Below, in pieces: positions 1-6,703 of a stretch of 64,000 bases of DNA. Every line of letters begins with the position of its first letter. Positions within the stretch are counted from its first letter, which is position 1. The notes under the pieces were generated by a model that was given only the letters and a program-made list of their open reading frames with translations, searched no databases and was not told the origin of the DNA. Source of the stretch: Spirochaetia bacterium (lineage in GTDB: Bacteria; Spirochaetota; Spirochaetia; UBA9216); the NCBI GenBank assembly GCA_963675665.1, contig OY776510.1, positions 1,920,001 to 1,984,000 on the forward strand, in the 5' to 3' direction. The position numbers were made by a program, and so were the translations under genes.

Positions 1-1
1 G

Positions 2-730
2 TCGTGTACGCTCGATACTGCATGCGCAATTCTTGAAGCGTGCTGGAAAGCCTTGTCCCAGGTGCTTCCCGATCGTGTGCCAGCCGGGTGGAATCGCTGG
101 AACGGCCCCGCAATAGCCGGAGTAGACCCGAGAAGCGAAAACTTCTACGTTATGTTCGCATTCAACGGTTTCGGCGGCGCCGGGGGGATGTCCGGAATGG
201 ACGGCAGGCATTATATCGGCGATGGAATTGATCTGGGCGGCCTGATTGCTCCGAATATCGAAACCAACGAGTCTGATTATCCCCATATAACCGAGTTCAA
301 TGAATTCACGACGGACAGCTGCGGAGCCGGAAAATTCCGCGGCGGATGCGGCGCCGGTTACAGGATTAAAATGTACGATGATGAACCGAACCTGGTAATG
401 TTCGGCGACGGCCGTGATAATCCTCCGTATGGTTTGTTCGGAGGCGGTGAAGGCAGCCCCAATATGGCTTGGCTTAATCAGGGGCTTGAAAACGAACGGC
501 TGTTGAAATCTAAAGAGTCGGTAAACCTGCGTTCAGGCGAGACCTACACATCGTATCCTTCCGGAGGCGGAGGATGGGGTAACCCTGCCGAGCGTGATCC
601 GGAACTTGTACGTCTTGATGCGATGAATGAAATAATCAGCCTCGAGGCTGCCGGGAAGATCTATAAGGTTGCTCTTGAAGGTGAAGACTTGCATATAAAC
701 GAAGAAAAGACTGCTGAATTACGGAGGTGA
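2..730 (+). CDS. Hydantoinase B/oxoprolinase family protein (5'-truncated by window edge)
   Basis: Frame is open from position 2 (SCTLDTACAILEA...). Motifs GGAGG..GMDG, DSCGAGKFRGG, PPYGLFGG and SGGGGWGNP..RDPE.V..D are typical of HyuB/OplA C-termini. Confidence 0.9.
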   Translation, partial: SCTLDTACAILEACWKALSQVLPDRVPAGWNRWNGPAIAGVDPRSENFYVMFAFNGFGGAGGMSGMDGRHYIGDGIDLGGLIAPNIETNESDYPHITEFNEFTTDSCGAGKFRGGCGAGYRIKMYDDEPNLVMFGDGRDNPPYGLFGGGEGSPNMAWLNQGLENERLLKSKESVNLRSGETYTSYPSGGGGWGNPAERDPELVRLDAMNEIISLEAAGKIYKVALEGEDLHINEEKTAELRR

Positions 731-1866
731 GTGTGGAAATAAAAAAAATAGCTGTTCTGGGATCCGGAAACGGAGGGTTTATGAGCGCAGCCGATTTTGC
801 CCTGCAGGGATATGAAGTTGCCATCTACTCCAGGAATGACGAGAAGATCGCAGGGGTTAGGGCTAACGGGGGGATAGATCTTCTGGACATTGACTCAAAC
901 CCGACGGGGCAGAAGGCTGAAATTGCGTGTGCTACCTCCGATATTAAAGAAGCGCTGAAAGGCGCCCAGGTAGTTCTGAACCCGGTTCCAATTTTTGCAA
1001 GCAGTTTTTATGCTGAAAAATGCGCGCCGTATGTTGAAGACGGGCAAATCTTTGTCAGTCTGGGCAAGGGCGGAGCTTCACTTATATGGGCAAAGGTGTT
1101 CAAGGAAAAGGGTGTTTCCAAAAAGGTCTATCTTGCCGATACAAACACTCTGCCGTACGGTGCGTCCAGGATAGATGATCATTCCGTCAGGCTGGAAAAC
1201 AGAACACAGAATCTTCTTGCGGCCTGTTTTCCCGGAAAGGACATCAAATATGTTGGAGAGATACTTGAACAACTCTATACTCCGGACAACTACGATATCC
1301 GCTACGGGCAGAATGCCATAGATTCAATTCTTGTCGATTACAATGCTATAACGCATACGCCCCCGATGATCTGCAATGCGGCACGGATAGAAACCGGAGA
1401 TCCGGATTTTCATCTTTTCGGTAAAGATGAAAACACCCCGGCAGTTGTAAGGCTGATCGAAAGAATTGATCGCGAGCGTATGGCTATAGGAAAAGCACTC
1501 GGGCTGGAGCAGCACACACTTGAAGAAGAAATCCTGATGGTTAAGTGGAACCCGAATCAGGAAGATTATATTCTTCCGCTGTATGATGCCATCCACACCC
1601 CGTTTCTGGAAGTATGCGAAGGTCCGTTCAAACTTGAAACCAGGCACCTGACCGAGGATATACCTTACGGCCTTGTAACATATTCATCTCTCGGAAAGAT
1701 GCTTGGAGTGCCTACGCCGATATCGGATGCTGTAACTGCTATTGCCGGGGTTCTGCTCGATCGCGATTTTACAGCAAAAGGGAGGACTGTTGAACAGCTG
1801 GGAATTAATCCTTCATGGACAACTGAACAGCTGAAGCAATATCTTGAAGACGGAACAATAGAATAA
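727..1866 (+). CDS. NAD/NADP-dependent octopine/nopaline (opine) dehydrogenase family protein
   Basis: Rossmann motif IAVLGSGNGG, TNTLPY, N...H.PPM..NA.RIE, D.ERMAIG.ALG and RHLTEDIPYGL. GTG start overlaps the previous stop (GTGA). Confidence 0.88.
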   Translation: MSVEIKKIAVLGSGNGGFMSAADFALQGYEVAIYSRNDEKIAGVRANGGIDLLDIDSNPTGQKAEIACATSDIKEALKGAQVVLNPVPIFASSFYAEKCAPYVEDGQIFVSLGKGGASLIWAKVFKEKGVSKKVYLADTNTLPYGASRIDDHSVRLENRTQNLLAACFPGKDIKYVGEILEQLYTPDNYDIRYGQNAIDSILVDYNAITHTPPMICNAARIETGDPDFHLFGKDENTPAVVRLIERIDRERMAIGKALGLEQHTLEEEILMVKWNPNQEDYILPLYDAIHTPFLEVCEGPFKLETRHLTEDIPYGLVTYSSLGKMLGVPTPISDAVTAIAGVLLDRDFTAKGRTVEQLGINPSWTTEQLKQYLEDGTIE

Positions 1867-1915
1867 TTCATTAAAACCCCCGCCTTCCATAGCGGGTATT
1901 ATAGAGGAGACGTAA

Positions 1916-2920
1916 ATGTCACATTTGAAAGGAAGAGATTTAAAAGGTATTCTTGATGTTAACCGCGATGAAGTTGAATTTATTCTCGATGTAGCAAAAG
2001 AGCTTAAACGGGAACAGAAGATCGGCCGGCCTCATCGATTACTGGAGGGGAAAAGTCTCGGCGGAATTTTTGAAACACCCAGTACCCGTACGAGTATAAG
2101 TTTCGAAACGGCAATGACGCATCTCGGAGGGCATATGATCTGGCTTGACTCAAGCCGACTCTGGGTAGGCGATGCTGCCGAAGAAGACTGGCGCGATACG
2201 GTTAAAACCATCGACAGGTTCCTCGACGGAGTTGCATACCGCGTAGGCGCCGCCCGCGAGAGGCTGGACAACGCCGCCGAATATGCCGAGATTCCTTTTA
2301 TTAACGCTTCCTGCCCCGTAGAACATCCCTGCCAGGCTTTTGCAGATCTTTTAACTATGCGCGAAAAGAAAGGCGACACCAAAGGGGCAAAAGTTGCATT
2401 TATGTGGGGTTATCGCGATGCCAACCCGCCTGCGGGCCTTACCAATTCGCTTATGATGATGGCCGGCACAATGGGTTTCGACATCTCAGTTGCCTGTCCC
2501 CCAGGTTATGAGCCGCATCCCGATTATATGAAAGAAGCCATGGCACGATCTGAAAAATCAGGCGGAAGCGTAAAGGTTGTTCACGATTATGAATCTGCAG
2601 CAAAGGACGCCGATTTTATCAACGTCTATTCATGGGTTTCTCCGGAAGTCTGGGCAAAGAGCGTAGCAAACCATTTTCAGGCAGATCCGGCATTTCAGGC
2701 AGAGAAGCTGAAACTCAAGGATAAATGGTGTGTTACCCAGGATGTAGTGGATATGGCGAAGAAGGATGTTATGGTAATGCATCCCATGCCGATTGCGCGT
2801 AATGAAGAAGTAACGAACGAGGTTCTTGATTCCGAAAAATGCATAATCTACGATGTAGCCGAGAACAGGCTGCACACCGAGAAAGCAATACTTGCCCTGC
2901 TTCTCGGAGGATACCGATAG
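1916..2920 (+). CDS. Ornithine/aspartate carbamoyltransferase-family protein, divergent substrate site
   Basis: Carbamoyl-phosphate motifs STRT.SFE and HPCQ..ADLLT, C-terminal AENRLH. Has HPMP instead of HCLP and NVYSWVS instead of YTDVWVSMG. Confidence 0.88.
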   Translation: MSHLKGRDLKGILDVNRDEVEFILDVAKELKREQKIGRPHRLLEGKSLGGIFETPSTRTSISFETAMTHLGGHMIWLDSSRLWVGDAAEEDWRDTVKTIDRFLDGVAYRVGAARERLDNAAEYAEIPFINASCPVEHPCQAFADLLTMREKKGDTKGAKVAFMWGYRDANPPAGLTNSLMMMAGTMGFDISVACPPGYEPHPDYMKEAMARSEKSGGSVKVVHDYESAAKDADFINVYSWVSPEVWAKSVANHFQADPAFQAEKLKLKDKWCVTQDVVDMAKKDVMVMHPMPIARNEEVTNEVLDSEKCIIYDVAENRLHTEKAILALLLGGYR

Positions 2921-2935
2921 GTAGAAGGATATATC

Positions 2936-4258
2936 ATGTCTGAAAAGATCAGGATTGTTCATTTCATCAATCAGTTTTTTGCGGGGATCGGCGGTGAAGA
3001 GGAAGCCCATGTCGGCGTATCCTTCGAAGACGGTCCCAAAGGCCCCGGCACGGGTATAGAAGCAAAACTTTCCGATTCAGCTGAAGTGGTACGCACTATC
3101 TGGTGCGGGGATAACTATATAAACGAGAACCAGGAAGAAGCGTCGGCCGAGATTGAAAAACTGATTACGGATGCCAAACCGGATGTTGTGCTGGCAGGAC
3201 CGGCGTTCAATGCAGGCCGGTACGGACTTGCATGCGGGCTTGTAGCAAAAATGTGCCGGGACAAATTGGGAATTCCGGCAATCACCGGAATGTTTCCGGA
3301 GAACCCGGCTGTGGAAATCTACAAAGAAAGTGTCTATATAATGCCTGTAGGCGGAACTGCTGCGGGAATGCGCAAGGCCATACCTATGCTGTCCGAAAAG
3401 GTCCTGAAGCTCGGCCGGAAAGGCAAGCTTGGAAATGCTCTTGAAGACGGGTATATTCAGTCGGGTTACCGGTATAATGAGCTGGTTGAAAAGCCTGCAG
3501 CCGTACGGGCGCTCAATATGCTGATGCAGAGGCTGTCCGGGGAAGACCCGATAACCGAAGTACCGAGACGGACGTTTGAACAGGTTGATCCTGCACCCCC
3601 TGTCGGCAATATGAAGGAGGCTGTTATAGCTATAGTTACCGGCGGCGGAATGGTCCCGGCGGGAAATCCCGATAAACTGAAACAAGCCTTTGCCGATGCC
3701 TTCGGTGTTTACTCGATAGAGGGTCTGGATGAACTTCCTGCCGGAGAGTTCAAGGGAATTCACGGCGGGTTTGATTCAAGCTATGTAGATGAAGATCCGG
3801 ACAGGGTCGTTCCGCTCGACGCGCTTCGGGAGATGGAAAAAGAGGGAACATTTAAAAAGCTGGTTAATGAATATTTTGCGCTTTGCGGAATAGGGACAAA
3901 TGTAGCGATGAGTAAAAAGCTTGGAGCAGAGGTGGCCGAGGAGCTTAAAAGGAGACAGGTAAGCGCGGCAATCTACACCTCTACATGAGGCACCTGTACC
4001 CGTTGCGTGTCAACGATGCAGAAAGAAGCTGAGCGGGCAGGGATACCGTCGGCTTTGATTACAGCTATCCCGTCAGTTGCAAGTTCGGTCGGCGTAAGCC
4101 GAATCATAACAGGCGGAGGCATTCCCTATCCAGCAGGAGATCCGACTCTGCCGGCAGACAGAGAGATGGAGTTTCGTAAACGACTGGTAGAAAAGGCTCT
4201 TGAAGCCGTCAGTACAGCCGTCGACGGGCCGACAATTTTCAATGTCAGCATAGCCTAG
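2936..4258 (+). CDS. grdB: Glycine/sarcosine/betaine reductase selenoprotein B (GrdB/F/H family), Sec at in-frame TGA 3986-3988, 440 aa
   Basis: N-terminal HFINQFFAGIGGEE, GPAFNAGRYG and HGGFD...EDPDRVVPLD. Read-through gives TST-U-GTCTRC, joining ORFs 2936..3988 and 4007..4258 in frame. Confidence 0.95.
3994..4021 (+). promoter_or_regulatory. Candidate bacterial SECIS of grdB
   Basis: Hairpin ctgta-cc-cgttg-[cgtgt]-caacg-a-tgcag starts 6 nt after the UGA. The apical loop contains GU. Confidence 0.6.
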
Positions 4259-4274
4259 GCAATCGGAGGTGGGA

Positions 4275-5585
4275 ATGAAACTTGAACGAGGTTATTTCGA
4301 AATAAAGGATCTGGTCTTCGGCGGCAGCCTGTCGCTGAAAGACGGGGTCCTGACAATTGAGAAAAAGGAACTTGAAAATTATCTTCTTTCCGAGGATGAA
4401 AACGGAAATATAGAGCACATAGAGCTGGAAATCGTCAGGCCCGGCGAGAACACGCGAATTGTGCATATTCTTGATACGGTTATGGCGGGCGTCAAGGTTG
4501 AGGGCGAGAGCGAATTTATGCCCGGACAGATGTGTGATCCTGTAATAGCCGGAAACGGCAAAACCCATTTAATAACAAACCTGGCGATCATGGAATGTGC
4601 CGAACTTCCCTGGGCGGGAAAATCAGCGCTGTTATATCCCCGTGATGCCATTGTCGATATGATGGGGCCGGCTGCCGGTTATTCTCCGTTTTCGGAAACT
4701 TTTAACCTGATCCTGAAAATGGATATGGTTAAGGATTCGTCTGACATCGAATACGACAATTCCGTCAGAAACGCGGGCATAAGATGCGCCAGAAAGATAG
4801 CGGAACTGCTTCGCGATCTTGTACCTGATCGAAGTGAAGTCTTTGATTTTGATCAGGAGGTTGACCCTGAATTGCCCAAAATTGCATATGTAACCCAATG
4901 CCAGAACCAGGGCGTATATTCGAACACATTTTTGTACGGACATGAAGTCTGGAACATTGTTCCGACATATCTGAATCCTACTGAAATGATGGACGGGTGT
5001 GTTGTCAGCGGAAATTATGTATGGCCCTGTTTCAAGGTGCCGTCCTGGATACAGGCAAATATGCCCGCAGTAATGGAGCTTGCACGCGGCCACGGCGTAA
5101 AGTGGAATTTCACCGGTGTGGTTTTTGACCGCGGACATAATGATTCTCATTTTCTTAAACAGAGAGCCGCAAGTCTTGCTTCAAACCTGGTGCGCAGGCT
5201 GGGGGCCGACGGTGTTCTTATCTCGTGGGAAGGCGGCGGAAACGCAGCTACGGATGCAATGCTTACCCTTCAGACTTGCGAAAAGTGGGGGATAAAAGCC
5301 GTGCCCTATACTTTCGAGTTCGGCGGTCCGGACGGCCGCGAGGGGATTCTGCTTGTGGATGATGTTCCGGAGGCTGAATATGTTGTATCAACCGGTTCGA
5401 TAGAGAAGCCGACGACTATTCCCGCTGTTGATCGCGTTGCCGGCGGCGACTGCCTGCGGCTGAGGAAAGAAACAGGGGGAGAGCCTGAACCGGCTGATGT
5501 TGAGCGAACGCTTGATGTAATCACGGCGTTCTACTGCGGTGCAAACCAGAGCGGAATAGGGAGACTGGCGGGAGTTCCCTATTAA
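4275..5585 (+). CDS. Glycine/sarcosine/betaine reductase component B proprotein (GrdE/G/I family), lacking the cleavage Cys
   Basis: MKLE.G.F.IKD..FG, IVRPGE..RI, DM.GPAA.YSPFS, PT.LNP.E.MDG.VVSGN and GADGVLIS.EGGGN...D. ATG at 4275 follows RBS GGAGG. Confidence 0.9.
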   Translation: MKLERGYFEIKDLVFGGSLSLKDGVLTIEKKELENYLLSEDENGNIEHIELEIVRPGENTRIVHILDTVMAGVKVEGESEFMPGQMCDPVIAGNGKTHLITNLAIMECAELPWAGKSALLYPRDAIVDMMGPAAGYSPFSETFNLILKMDMVKDSSDIEYDNSVRNAGIRCARKIAELLRDLVPDRSEVFDFDQEVDPELPKIAYVTQCQNQGVYSNTFLYGHEVWNIVPTYLNPTEMMDGCVVSGNYVWPCFKVPSWIQANMPAVMELARGHGVKWNFTGVVFDRGHNDSHFLKQRAASLASNLVRRLGADGVLISWEGGGNAATDAMLTLQTCEKWGIKAVPYTFEFGGPDGREGILLVDDVPEAEYVVSTGSIEKPTTIPAVDRVAGGDCLRLRKETGGEPEPADVERTLDVITAFYCGANQSGIGRLAGVPY

Positions 5586-5858
5586 AGTTGAGCAATTGGT
5601 TATTGCTCAACTTTAATCTAAAGTAATTATGACAACAAACGGGTGTCATAATTACTTATATAGGTCTAAGGAAGAAAACTGAAACTGAAGTTTCAGTTTT
5701 CAGATTGGCGATTGGTTATCACCAAGTTTCAATTTTAAGTTTAATAACACCCTTCGGTTGTTATTAAACTTCATGAAGCAATGCCGGGAAAAATTAAAAG
5801 TTGAAACTTTTAATTTTAACTTAAACAAATGCTGAAAAAAGTCAAAAGCTTGACTTTT
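5581..5858. repeat. Array of seven consecutive inverted repeats (hairpins) between grdE-like and grdA
   Basis: Stems: 5581-5617 (16 bp, loop TGGTT), 5621-5657 (14 bp), 5674-5701 (12 bp, loop TGAA), 5705-5725 (8 bp with 1 mismatch, loop TGGTT), 5737-5771 (13 bp), 5790-5817 (12 bp, loop TGAA), 5837-5858 (9 bp). Confidence 0.9.
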
Positions 5859-5933
5859 GGTTTTTAAATCCGTCGGTTAATCGGCCATGTTATGGTTCTC
5901 CGGCGGTTGTAATATTTTTTGGAGGTGATTCGG

Positions 5934-6392
5934 ATGCTTGAGGGCAAAAAGGTAATTATTCTCGGTGATCGCGACGGAATCCCGAGCGGCGCAATTGAAA
6001 ACTGCCTTTTGGGAAAAGAGCTGGAAATTATATTTTCCGTTACCGAGTGTTTTGTCTGAACTTCTGCCGGTGCAATGGATCTGGAGAACCAGAAGCGGGT
6101 GAAGGAGCTTGCTGAAAAACACGGGACTGATAATCTGTTTGTTCTGATAGGAGGAGCAGATCCCGAAGCAAGCGGTCTTGCTGTAGAGACAGTTATGGCC
6201 GGAGACCCGGCTTTTGCCGGTCCATTGACAGGAGTCCAGTTGGGACTTCCTGCATATCATATAGTAGAGCCTGAAATAAAGGCTGAAATTGATCCGACAG
6301 TTTATGAAGAAAACATCGGGATGATGGAAATGGTTCTTGATGTTGATGCTATAATTGAAGAAGTATCGACAGTCAGAAAGGATTGTTCATGA
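5934..6392 (+). CDS. grdA: Glycine/sarcosine/betaine reductase selenoprotein A, Sec at in-frame TGA 6057-6059, 152 aa
   Basis: RBS GGAGG and ATG 5934 give [24 protein letters not shown]...[21 protein letters not shown], in frame with ORF 6075..6392 ([21 protein letters not shown]). Confidence 0.96.
6061..6096 (+). promoter_or_regulatory. Candidate bacterial SECIS of grdA
   Basis: cttctg (6061-6066) pairs with cagaag (6091-6096), with an inner ccgg/ctgg stem around an atgga-containing loop, directly 3' of the UGA. Confidence 0.5.
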
Positions 6393-6703
6393 TCGAATTA
6401 GACAAGACAAACTATGACGAAACAGTAAAATCAGCAGAGAAACTGCTTGTCATTGATTTCTGGGGCACGACATGTGCCCCCTGCATGGCCCTGAAACCCT
6501 TTATCGAAAAGTACGAGAAGGAATTCGAGGGCAAAGCGGAATTCGCCGAAGTAAATATTCAGGGAAACCGACGGCTTGCGATACGCGAACAGGTTATGGG
6601 GCTTCCAACGATACTATTTTTTAAAAACGGAGAAAAAATCGACGAGCTTGTAGTTGATTTTTCCCCGCCTCAGCTTAAAAAAAAGATTGAGGAGCTTGTA
6701 TAA
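6389..6703 (+). CDS. trxA: Thioredoxin, Grd-associated type
   Basis: [11 protein letters not shown] active site and [25 protein letters not shown] 6389 overlaps the grdA stop (ATGA). Confidence 0.9.
   Translation: MIELDKTNYDETVKSAEKLLVIDFWGTTCAPCMALKPFIEKYEKEFEGKAEFAEVNIQGNRRLAIREQVMGLPTILFFKNGEKIDELVVDFSPPQLKKKIEELV

Noticed and set aside
4007-4258. 83-aa ORF as a separate gene, or grdB as a pseudogene
   Set aside because: It is the in-frame C-terminus of GrdB after the Sec codon.
5581-5858. Hairpin array as a CRISPR array or integron attC cluster
   Set aside because: No identical direct repeats with unique spacers, no cas or integrase gene, no RYYYAAC/GTTRRRY boxes bounding the stems, and no cassette ORFs.
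5877-6260. 127-aa minus-strand ORF filling the apparent gap before grdA
   Set aside because: The gap is explained by the Sec-containing grdA on the plus strand.
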